DNA of 64,000 bases from the human T2T-CHM13v2.0 reference genome, Homo sapiens: assembly GCF_009914755.1 (NCBI RefSeq), contig NC_060931.1; one strand, 5' to 3'. The notes beneath the pieces were generated by a model, which saw only the letters and a program-made list of their open reading frames with translations, had not been told where the DNA came from and did not search any database. The position numbers were made by a program, and so were the translations under genes. Below, piece by piece: positions 1 through 15,117 of this stretch; positions within the stretch are counted from its first letter, which is position 1, and the number at the start of each line of letters is the position of its first letter.

Positions 1-132
1 ATCTTACCCTTGGTGTGATCTCCCTCTTGCAACGTCCTCTTTCGTTTATGCAACAATCCTCTCCTTCCACTGCAATAGTCTTTTTGAATAAACGCTCTCC
101 TTATCTAAATCCAAATTGTCTTTTACATGACA
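1..132 (+). mobile_element. Probable 3' end of an old ERV LTR (cut by window edge)
   Basis: GCAATAGTC...AATAAA...ending TGACA at 132, typical LTR R/U5 terminus; family not assigned. Confidence 0.4.
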
Positions 133-431
133 AAATTAAGGGAAATAAGGGAAAATTCAACCTGGGAATTTTAGCATTACCCCTAAGGGGAATGTTAAAT
201 AAAAATAGATGTGAAAAGAAAAGTGAAGCCAAACACTTTTTTAAAAAATTATTGTGCACAATATGCAGGTTTGTTACATATGTATACATGTGCCGTCTTG
301 GTTTGCTGCACCCATTAACTTGCCATTTACATTAGGTATTTCTCCTAATGCTATCCCTCCCCCATCCCCCAACCCCACAATAGGCCCCAGTGTGTGATGT
401 TCCCAACCCTGTGTCCAAGTGTTTTCTTTGT

Positions 432-4180
<3,749 letters not shown>

Positions 4181-4243
4181 TATGATGTTAGTTGGTTATT
4201 TTGCCCATTAGGTGATGCAGTTTCCTCCTAGCATCAATGGTCT

Positions 4244-5268
4244 TTACAATTTGGCATGTTTTTGCAGTGGCTGGTACTGGTTGTTCCTTTCCATGTTTAG
4301 TGCTTCCTTCAGGAGCTCCCATAAGGCAGGCCTGGTGGTGACGAAATCTCTCAGCATTTGCTTGTCTCTAAAGGTTTTTATTTCTCCTTCACTTAAGAAG
4401 CTTAGTTTGGCTGGATATGAAATTCAGGGTTGAAAATTCTTTTCTTTAAGAATGTTGAATATTGGCCCCCAGTCTTCTGGTTTGTAGGGTTTCTGCTGAG
4501 ACATCTGCTGTTAGTCTGATGGGCTTCCCTTTGTAGGTAACCCGACCTTTCTTTCTGGCTGCCCTTAGCATTCTTTCCTTCATTTCAACCTTGGTGCATC
4601 TGATAATTATGTGTCATGGGGTTGCTCTTCTCGAGGAGTATCTTTGTGGTGTTCTCTGTATTTCCTAAATTTGAATGTTGGCCTGCCTTGCTAGGTTGGG
4701 GAAGTTCTCCTGAATAATAACCTAAAGAGTGTTTTCCAGCTTGGTTCCATTCTCCCTGTCACTTTCAGGTACACCAGTATAACGTAGATTTGGTCTTTTC
4801 ACATAGTCCCATATTTTTTGGAGGCTTTGTTCATTTCCTTTTACTCTTTTTTTCTCTAAACTTCTCTTCTCAATTCATTTCATTCATTTCATCTTCAATC
4901 ACTGATACCCTTTCTTCCACTTGATCGAATCGGCTACTGAAGTTTGTGCATGCGTCATGTAGTTCTTGTGCCATGGTTTTCAGCTCCATCAGGTCATTTA
5001 AGGTCTTCTCTACACTGTTTATTCTAGTTAGCCATTTGTCTGATCTTTTTTCAAAGTGTTAAGCTTCCTTGTGATGGGTTTGAACATCCTCATTTAGCTC
5101 AGAAAAGTTTGTTATTAACAACTTTCTGAAGCCTACTTCTGTCAACTTGTCAAAGTAATTCTCTGTCCTGCTTTCTTCCATTGCTGGCGAGGAGCTGTGA
5201 TACTTTAGAGGAGAAGGGGCACTCTGGTTTTTCGAATTTTCAGCTTTTCTGCTCTGGTTTCTCCCCAT
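4244..5268 (-). pseudogene. Disrupted L1 ORF1p
   Basis: Starts MGRNQSRKAENSKNQSA at 5268, premature stop after 69 aa; native end ...QKHAKL* at 4244; 63-nt spacer to the ORF2 ATG. Confidence 0.92.
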
Positions 5269-6290
5269 TTTGTGGTTTTATCTACCTTTGGTCTTTAATG
5301 ATGGTGACCTACCGATGAGATTTTGGTGTGGATGTCCTTTTTGTTGATGTTGATTCTATTCCTTTCTGTTTGTTAGTTTTCCTTCTAATAGTCAGGTCCC
5401 TCAGCTGCAGGTCTGTTGGAGTTTGCTGGAGATCCACTCCAGACCTGTTTGCCTGGGTATCACCAGCAGAGGCTGCAGAACAGCAAATATTGCATGACAG
5501 CAAATATTACTGTCTGATCCTTCCTCTGGAAGCTTTGTCTCAGAGGGGCACCCGGCTGTATGAGGGGTCAATCGGCCCCTACTGGGAGATGTCTCCAAGT
5601 TAGGCTACACAGGGGTCAGGGACCCACTTGAGGGGACAGTCTGTCTGTTCTCAGAGCTCAAACACCATGCTGGGAGAACCACTACTCTCTTCAGAGCTGT
5701 CCAACAGGGGCATTTAAGTCTGCAGAAGTTTCTGCTGCCTTTTGTTTAGCTATGCCCTGCCCTCAGAGGTGGAGTCTATACAGGCAGGCGGGCCTCCTTG
5801 AGCTGCAGTGGGCTCCACCCAGTTCGAGCTTCCCAGACGCTTTGTTTACCTACTCAAGCCTCAGCAATGGCAGACACCCCTCCCCCAACCAGGCTTACTT
5901 CCTGGCAGTTTGATCTGGGACTACCAGTGAGCTAGGCTCCGTGGGCATGGGACCTGCTGAGCTAGGTGCAGGATATAATTTTCTGGTGTGCCGTTTGCTA
6001 AAAAGCGTGGTGTTTAGGTGGCAGTGTCCCAATTTTCCTGGTACAGTGTGTCACGGCTTCCCTTAGCTAGGAAAGGGAAATCCCCTGACACCTTGCACTT
6101 CCCAGGTGAGGTGATGCCCCACCCTGCTTTTCCTCACCCTCTGTGGGCTGCACCCACTTTCTGACCAGTCTCAATGAGATGAACCAGGTACCTCAGTTGG
6201 AAATGCAGAAATTATCCATCTTCTACGTTGATCACACTGGGAGCTGCAGACCGGAGCTGTTCCTATTCGGCCATCTTGGAACGGACCCCT
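5269..6290 (-). promoter_or_regulatory. L1 5'UTR: internal sense promoter and antisense promoter region
   Basis: ~1020-nt 5'UTR; intact YY1 site CAAGATGGCC at 6269-6278; CpGs largely decayed, so activity is unknown. Confidence 0.75.
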
Positions 6291-6489
6291 GCAAAACACT
6301 TTTTTAAGCTAAAAAACAAGCTGACTTTAAATATCTTCTCCCTACAACTAAAATATGTACCAAATAGGGAGAATGAAAATAATAAAAGCACTAGAAGAAA
6401 ATGTAAATGAACATCACACTGGGAGAGTTTCGTCTTCATGCTGATTCTCTCTCATAGTACATACTGTCATTCATAATGGTGGCTGTAAG

Positions 6490-7180
6490 TACAACTCAAG
6501 CACTGATTGCTCACAAATGTATTTTCTAGCCCAGCTATATCCCTGGGTTCCAGACTCATATATCCAACTGCTTGCTTGAATTCCTCACTTAATATCTAAA
6601 AACTCCTCCAAATTACTAAGTCCACAGCAAAATTCCTTTTCTGCATCTCTTTCCCAAACTCACTTCTCCAACAGGGTCTCCAATTAGAGTATATGGGATA
6701 ATACTCTTCATTCTTCTTGGGACCAAATATTCTAGGAGTGACTTTTGCTTTTATTTTTATTTTATAACTCAAATGTATTCCTCAGCAAATTCTTCCATGT
6801 CTCTCTGTAACATATATTCCCTATTAGACTCCTCTCTCCTCCACCTCTCAGTGTCTAAGCCATGACATCCTCATTTGTCACCTGAACTCCCTAGCAAGCA
6901 CCATTCTGGGCTCCCTGCTTCTGCACCAGCCCCTCTCCCTATTCTTTTCTTCGCACAGCTGACAATGATCTTCGAACCTGCATATCAGATCACATTACTC
7001 CTTCAAAATCCTTCCAATGACTCCCCTTCACTTGTAGAACAAAATTAAAGCCCTTACCAAGATCTCCACTAACCACATCTCCTATAACCCTCAAACTCTC
7101 TTTCATACAATCAATTTCAATACAATTTCAATCATACAGGATTCCTTCTGCCCCTCAAACCCACCTTGTTTATTCCTACA
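6490..7180 (+). mobile_element. L2 LINE fragment
   Basis: ccagactcatatatccaactgcttgcttgaattcctcactt and later catatcagatcacattactcc resemble the L2 3' region. Confidence 0.6.
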
Positions 7181-8394
7181 ATTTTCAGTTTGTAAATTCC
7201 TAATGAAACTTTATTGACATATTTTTCATCATTAATAGGAAAGCTGAAAAGTACATAAATAAGTTAAGTGGTCTAATTGCTGAATCTTTAAAACATTGGT
7301 AACAATGAAATATAAACCAATATTTTTCTTTAACAAAAGTATTCTACACTTTAAAAAATAAGTTTTTTAAGAGAAGATTTACAATAGTCTAACTATAGAG
7401 TAGTAACAAAGTAAATACTAGAAAGTAACAAAACAATAGAAAACAAACAAATAAGATTTTTAAAAAATTAAACTATTTTAGTATCTTTAAAATAACAAAT
7501 CTAAAATATGCATTTGGATGGGGAGAAACATATTTGTCTTTGAGTCTCAGGTAAGTAACCTGTTGTACGAGAGAACACACAGTAATACAACAATTACAAA
7601 AATAATAGAAATGATAACTGATGAAAAAATGTTATAAAAAGTAATTTTCTGCCCTGAATTACCTGTTAAAGTTGAAAATCACATGGCTAGAGTGTCCGAT
7701 GACAGAGTATGCAGCACCTAAATTGGCAGAGATGCCTATGTAATGTGTAAGGATCTCACCTCCTCTAGAAGGTGAAAGTTGTAAAATGAAATCCCTGAAG
7801 TAAAGACTGGAAAACAAAGAAATCTTCAAGTTGCAAACTTACATTGAGGTTTGATGGGATGTCTTTTACATATGTAATTTGGCAGTAGCATTAAAATTGA
7901 CTTTTAAGGTAAGAAATATGAAACTCTCCAGCACTTAATTATGCTCTAAGTTTAATTTAGGCAATTATAGAGGTGCATTAGGTTTTTTCAAAGCACAATC
8001 ATATTAATGTAATTAATACAAAATTAGATTTTCTATACTAATAAGTATTTCTTATATTGAGAAAAGCTTTTTGATATTTTTAACATTTTTTAAGTTAGCC
8101 CAAATAAATATTTCTAGAAGAAGATAACACAGAGAGCTTGCACTGAAAGATTAGAGGCATTTTATTCCTCTAAGTATTCTGTAAGTAGGGATTCTATTTA
8201 AAACAAGAAATAAGAAAGCATGTTTTACATATCACTTGGCTCTATACAAATGTGGACTGGTATTCTCTATTATGCATAAAGTAACAACATATTTGTGTGT
8301 TAAAAAATATTTTACCAAAGCATGTTTAAATTTTATTTTGCATTACAGCAGCAAATTACACATAGGTGAGTATTTTTGCCTGCTTTAAAAATTA

Positions 8395-8822
8395 TTTTTG
8401 TTTTTAAAAAATTGACAATAAAATTGTATGTACTTATGTACAACATGATGTTTTCAAGTGTATATACATTGTGGACTAAATCTAGCTGATTTACATATGC
8501 ATTACCTCACATAGCTATCATTTTTTTTTGTGGTGAAAACACTTTATGTCCACTCTTAGCAACTTTTAAGAATACATTATACTATTAACTATAGTCACCA
8601 TGTTGTATAATAGATCTCTTGAACTTGTCCTCTCATTTAACTGGAATTTTGAATCTTTTGACCAACATCTCCCCAGCCTGCCCCAACTGCTCCAACTCCT
8701 GGTAACCAACATTCTAGTCTCTACTTTTAAGATCAACATTTTTGGTTGCTATATGTGAGTAAGATCATGCAGTATTTGTCATTCTGTGCCTGGCTTATTT
8801 AATTTGACATAATGTCCTCCAG
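8395..8822 (-). mobile_element. L1MA (L1MA8-like) 3' end
   Basis: aattgacaataaaattgtat...ttaactatagtcaccatgttgtataatagatctcttgaactt...tctgtgcctggcttattt matches L1MA 3'UTR. Confidence 0.8.
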
Positions 8823-10139
8823 AATATTTAACAAAATTGTTACTGTAATTTCATCTATGATGGGTAACTTTGGAGGCTATGATTTGTAGAGTAAATTGAC
8901 GTCTTCAAAGCTGACTGGTTGGAAATGAAAGAAAGAGAAAAGAAACTTAAAAAATTACAATCAACACCAGGCTTAAAGGGGCTGGGATGATTTATTTAGC
9001 AGGAAGATAAGACCCTCAAAGATCACTAATACCAAATGGTATGTTAAAGCCCACTCAAGCCTGGGAGAACTTTCCCTGGGATCTGTGTGGGCTTCTGTTA
9101 TGCAACCAATGAGAAGAGTCATCCCATTATCTGTCTGCCAACTGGAAAAGCTACAGAAAATTGATATAAAAGGGAGGTTTGCAGAAGACCATTGGGATTA
9201 GCTTGAAGAATGTTGCAGCAAATTTTAATTTTTTTGAATTCCTCCTGCAAACACATATTATTGTTGTACCAAACTAAATACTTTTCATACTACAATCTAT
9301 AACAAAAGTGAATAGTACTTTAATTGACTACTTTGAACTAAGATGGTTTGAGCTGCTGTGGCTTTCTCTGGACAGTTTCTCTCATCATGAATACAACTGA
9401 TGGCAGGTGAGGTGTTGACAATTCCTCATGGATGTTGGCTTAATATTGCATGTCCCCTTCTTTCTTTTCTCGAGAAAAGGCAGAAAAACAAGATTGAGTC
9501 TCATGAAAACTTGAAAAAAAGGCAATTCTAATGGCACTCATTCTAACAGCCAGTCATCACAGGCCCGCTGCCCTCTTCCTGGTGCAGGTCCACACACATC
9601 CCATGCCTGCTCCTTGTGGAGCTGTCCTGGCTGGGAACATCTCCAAAGCAGCAAGTCACCTCACACGCAATTCTCTTCTCCTGCAAGCCAGTCAGAGGCA
9701 GTGCAGAGATGATGGCTGCTCACCACAGCACCACCAGATAACCTGACTTGGTAAGACAGAGTGTTTTTGCTAATGTTAAAACACAAAACAAAATAAGTCT
9801 TCCCTCTGGCCTGATTTGATAATCCCCAAATAATATCTAACGTAAACTTGTTATGACACTTGCACTTCTTCTTCCAAGAGGTGGAAATCATAACAATATA
9901 GTGCAGGAAAGTTATGACATTTCAGCTGAAAACTATTTTATCGTTATCATCTTCAGCCTATTTTTATTTTTCTGACAATTTTATAGCAAAAGTTAAAAAC
10001 ACCTGTAGAGTAGTTTCCTAGAAGTTTCTTTTAAAACCAAATAAAATAATAATTTTCTTATGAAAGCAATGCATGTTCAATGGAGAAAAATAAAAGTGAC
10101 AAGAATGAAAGGGGAGATACAGTCCCATCAGCCAGAGAT

Positions 10140-10690
10140 TGTAACCAGGGATCTCAGTTTTAAAAATCACACACTTTCTTTCTCGTCCTTGCCTCCTCTC
10201 TCACCATTTTATTTCTTCTCTCTCACCTCTTTATTTCTTCTCTCTCTAGACACTCTCCTCTGGCAGTGCGTGCTTATCTAATTATGATCTTACCTAGAAA
10301 TCCCAGAGGCTAATCTTGAAACAAACCAGTCTCAGAGCCCCCATTGTGGAATCCTCCTGCTTAGGGGGAGTTACTGGGAATAAGTAGTCCACCACCATCT
10401 GCTCAAGTCAAAATAATGCCAATCAGACCTCGGGAGTTGTGACTACCTAAGATAACCATCAAACAAGACACACAGACCCTGCACCCTGCACCCTTCCCAC
10501 TCTCCCATACCAAGTTTCCCTTTAAAAAACCTTACGGTAAGTTTTAAAATTTAAGATGGTTCTTTAGGATGCTAGTTCACCATCTTTTCAGTTTGCTGGT
10601 TCTCAAACTAAACCTGTTTTTCCTCCTGCCAACCCTTGCTTCCTGTGTTTGGCTTTCAGTGATGAGCAGCCAAACCTAGGTCTGGTTACA
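10140..10690 (+). mobile_element. Solo LTR (LTR47-like; family uncertain)
   Basis: TGTAACCAG...CTGGTTACA inverted termini; 4-bp TSD AGAT at 10136-10139 and 10691-10694. Confidence 0.8.
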
Positions 10691-11236
10691 AGATGATACC
10701 TGTAAATATAACTTCAGCACCGCTGACTTCCAAAGACCTCCAAAGCTTTCCCACATGGGGAACATATTCCCTCAGCTTCTTACTCACTTATCATTTTAAA
10801 TATGTAGCTGTTTAGTTAGAAAGCTCTTAAATTTGACAATGTCTAAAAAAGAAAAAATGTTTCATTCACTTTATGCTCCAAGAAATGAACAATGTATATA
10901 AAACTTTGTTACTCTGACACGTTTTCAAATTATTCCGAGGGCCATATCCCACAATCTGAAAGCAAAATAATTCAGTAAGTTTTTACTTTGATGCATTCTA
11001 TCTTCTCCAAACACCTAAATTGATAGACTAAACATAAAAAGAGAAAATCAAAAATATGGAATTGGGTTCACACATAGGAAATTGTTTCTATGTCCCATCA
11101 ATAGAGTAGAAATGCAAGGCGAGAAAGACCTGCAGCTACGGCCTGCTGGGATCTGGGACCAAGATCAGCAGCTGTGCTTCCGAGTTCAGTATTTGTGGGG
11201 CACAATACTGAACAGTGTTCACATAAGGTGGGGGTC

Positions 11237-11995
11237 TGAATAAAAGAAGCCAAAACTTTTCATCCTAAAATATACTTTGGCATATTTTGGGATGGCTGTT
11301 CAGTGGACCTGCAGACAGAAATGGCCCTGCAAAACTGTCTTGCGGGGAGAGCTGTAGATATTCTGCCTTGATACATCCGTGGAGAATCTGCCTTGATGCA
11401 GCCAGGCTTTCTCTGAGGTCTGCCCCCTTGTCTGGATCCCGGAAAGGTTAACTGAGAGTCTGAGGACCATAAATGTCTGAAGAAACATTTCCTGAATATT
11501 CTCTCCGATGACTGCTACTTGTGAGGTTTCATCTATGTAACAAGACTACCGCTGGGGCCAGGCTCCTCTTCTCCCCATCCCATGATTTGTCTTCTCCCAT
11601 AAACTGTACTGGGCCATTCTCTCATTCTCTCCCAGAGGCTAATCTTGAAACAAACCAGGCTCAGAGCCCCCATTGTTTCTCTTGCTTAGGGGGAGTGACT
11701 GCTAACAATTAGTCCATCACTATCCCCTCAAGTCAAAATAATGCCCATCAGACCTCAGGGGCGGGGTGACTACCCAAGATAGCCATCTGAACGTGACACA
11801 CGGACCCAATTTTCCTGTAACCTCAAGGTGGTGTAAAAGGGGCAACCATCTGGTCATTTCTTCGAGTTTTTTTTATATTTTGTATAACTCCTGTGCACAT
11901 AATAAAATATGTAAGCCTATTTTTCTGCTAATGTGTGTACTATCAGTTTGTTTTATGGACTCACCCCTAAGGAGAAAAATGTAAATTTACCTACA
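11237..11995 (+). mobile_element. Solo ERV1 LTR (LTR49/MER34/MER4 group) carrying a ~178-bp foreign insert
   Basis: TGAA...CTACA; colinear with the LTR at 44355-44896 except for the insert at 11630-11807; AATAAA at ~11901. Confidence 0.8.
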
Positions 11996-12649
11996 TGTGA
12001 AATTTAGTTTGGAGCTTGGCTGCCGTGGACCTAGCTAAAACTGGGTGGCCTGGGCTCTCCCTTCCCAGATAAAACTTCTTTTTTTTTTCTTTCTGAAGAT
12101 GGTAAGGGTGGAATGGAACCATAATCTATTTTTTTAGAGAGTTTGGACAGTGGCAGTAAGAAAACAGATATTCCAGCCTGGAAAACTGCCCCTTGTCATG
12201 CTGCAGCAAAGCTTTCTTAAAACAGCCACTTTAATGATCAGAAAACAGATCAGGTTGCCCAAGAGCCTCAAGTTGTAGAGAAATTGATTGAGAAAAGCAA
12301 AATGCTTATGGGTGTCAGATACTCCTCTGCTGCATTGAGGAAGACACTACAAGTGAGCTTATCTCAGGCAAGGGGGTGCCAGTTTGCAAACAGGTGAACT
12401 AAGGGAGTCCTGAAGAGAGGGAGGCTCACCTTGAGTGGCCTGAAATCTACATTTTTAAGAATCCGTAAAGTAAGGTCTTACAAAATTAGAAAAGGCACTT
12501 GTTTCTATTCTCAAAGCAACAGAAAATAGGACTGACATCAGAGCCTTTCCCCAAATTCCTCCTGCTTCACTGAAACAGGGGGAACCAACCTGAAGGCAAA
12601 GATCAGGCCCTTTCCTCTCCAACCTGCTGATTCAGAGGGCCCTAATTAG

Positions 12650-13107
12650 TGTTATCCTAAAGGAAGAGGCTGAGGCACAAACAATAATTTTAAAGCACTT
12701 ACTTGAGCCAAAGTGAGGATAGCTTCTCAGGACGCACTTCCGCATTGCCTTGGAAGGGCTCCCTTAGACCTCTGTTACAAGCAGGTTCTTGCAGGCAAAA
12801 AGGGGACAAGGAGTGGGCTGACACAGTTGATTGACAGAAATTCTCACTGGTTTGCAGAGATAACATTGGATAGGGTTTGGCTATAGATTGCTGAACTATA
12901 GGGTATGGGTTATGGTGTCCAGCATATGGCATTTTATGGTTACTTGGCTTCAGTCAGTGTAAAGCCCATATAGCAAGTGGCTTCAAGAGGTCATTATTTA
13001 GTGCCAGGAAGAGTGAGAAGAGACTGCTGTTGCATTTTAAATGCCTCTGTTATCCTGAGACTTTAAAAGGACTCACATTTCTCAGATAACAAACTTCTTT
13101 CTTTTTC
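12650..13107 (-). mobile_element. Solo ERV1 LTR (MER66/LTR39-like)
   Basis: Minus strand begins gaaaaagaaagaagtttgttatctgagaaatgtgagtccttttaaag...gaggcatttaaaatg; other end tgttatcctaaaggaagaggctgaggcac. Confidence 0.65.
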
Positions 13108-13175
13108 CTAGCCACTAACAAATGAGAGAGAAGGATGAGCAATGCACAGGAGCCAGTCAATTAGAAAGTTTGTCA

Positions 13176-13489
<314 letters not shown>

Positions 13490-13974
13490 TTAAGACACAA
13501 CCTGGGAAGAGAAATTGTCAGTGTTGCAATTTCCTTATTATCACATTACTCAGAAATACAATCTTAGTAATATTTTGAAGGAATTTTATGGCTCATAAAA
13601 AGGTTGGCTTTTAAAAGCAACCTATAGGCTCCCAAATTTGATCAACAGAAAGCTGCTCCATACTGGAAAGAGAATACCTCCCTAAAATTAATTTCCTCTG
13701 GGGCACTGGAGAGTGGTGGGTGAGGATACCCTCCGGGAAAGTAGCTGACAACCACTGTCCTCCCTTTGGCCACAGATCTGCAGGCATCTAGTGCCACCTC
13801 TGCTCTCTGGGTCGCAGCCATCTCTCACCTCAATACGTGGTGGTTCATTTAGGCACTGCAGCCTTGAGGGGAGTCACAAATATTCATATGTCTCTTGCAT
13901 TTCTTTTCAGCAGCAGTAGGACAAAGAACATGGCTGCCGCTTCAAATCTTGTGTGAATTCACCTCATCACTGGA

Positions 13975-14500
13975 ACCAAATTTATATCTAATAAAAAGGT
14001 AAAATGCATTAAAGTTATATTGTTAAAGAGGGAAAAGAAATAACTAAAAATATTTTAGAGGAAAATATAAGAGACTATTTCATGAATGTAGGGTAGGGAG
14101 TAACTTTAAACATGACACAAAAAGTAATAGTGAAATACAAATTGATATGTTCTAGAGTATTACATTAAAAATTAATGCTAGCGCTGCCCAAAGATCCCTT
14201 ACACAGATAAAAGCCAAGCCACAGACAAACAGAATATGTAGACAAAGAATAAATTGACAGTAGATACATATTCAGAAAATGTAATGAATATGAGTCCTTA
14301 AGAGTAAAAGAAATAGATTAAGGGGGGAGAAAAGTAGGCATAGACTATCAATAGTCTAATCAAGAAAGAAGAAATCAGACAGCTACTGAGCAGATGAGAA
14401 GTTGTTCAACCTTAATGGCAAACATAAAAATCAATGATGGAATATGATTGGTAATATTTTACAGTTTGATAATAGCAAGATAGAGGAAGATAAGAAGATA
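13975..14500 (+). mobile_element. Old L1 (L1M) ORF2 fragment
   Basis: A-rich ttttagaggaaaatataagagactatttcatgaatgtagggtaggg...aaacatgacacaaaaag resembles degenerate L1M ORF2. Confidence 0.55.
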
Positions 14501-14510
14501 TCCTGTAGAT

Positions 14511-15117
14511 CGGGGTCCCCATGCTCCAGGCCATGGACCGATACTGTTAGGAACTGGGCTACACAGCAGGAGGTGAGCCGGGTGAGCAAGTGAAGCTTCA
14601 TCTGTATTTAAAGCCCCTCTCTATCACTCGCATTACTGCCTGAGCTCCACCTCCTTTCATCAGCGGGGGCATTAGATTCTCATAGGAGTGCGAACCCTAT
14701 TGTGAACTGCACATACGCGGAATCTACATTGCATGCTCCTTATATGAATCTAATGGCTGATGATCTGTCACTGTCTCCCGTCACCCCCAGATGGGACAGT
14801 CTAGCTGCAGAAAAACAAGTTCAGGGCTCCCACTGATTCTACATTGTGGTGAGTTGTATAATTATTTCATTATATATTCCAGTGTAATAATAGAAATAAA
14901 ATGCACAACAAATGCACAAAATAAATTCAAGAAAGTCAGAGTGAATGAGTTCTATAATTATTTCATTATATATTCCAATGTAATAATAGAAATAAAATGC
15001 ACAATAAATGTAATGCCCTTGAATTATCCCAAAACCATCTCTCCTGCCCCTCTGGTCTGTGGAAAAACTATCTTCCACAAAACCAGTCCCTGGTGCCAAA
15101 AAGTTTGGGGACCACTG
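14511..15117 (+). mobile_element. MER1A (hAT-Charlie non-autonomous DNA transposon) with internal duplication
   Basis: Termini cggggtcccc / ggggaccactg; 8-bp TSD ctgtagat (14503-14510) vs ctatagat (15118-15125); body matches MER1A. Confidence 0.92.
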
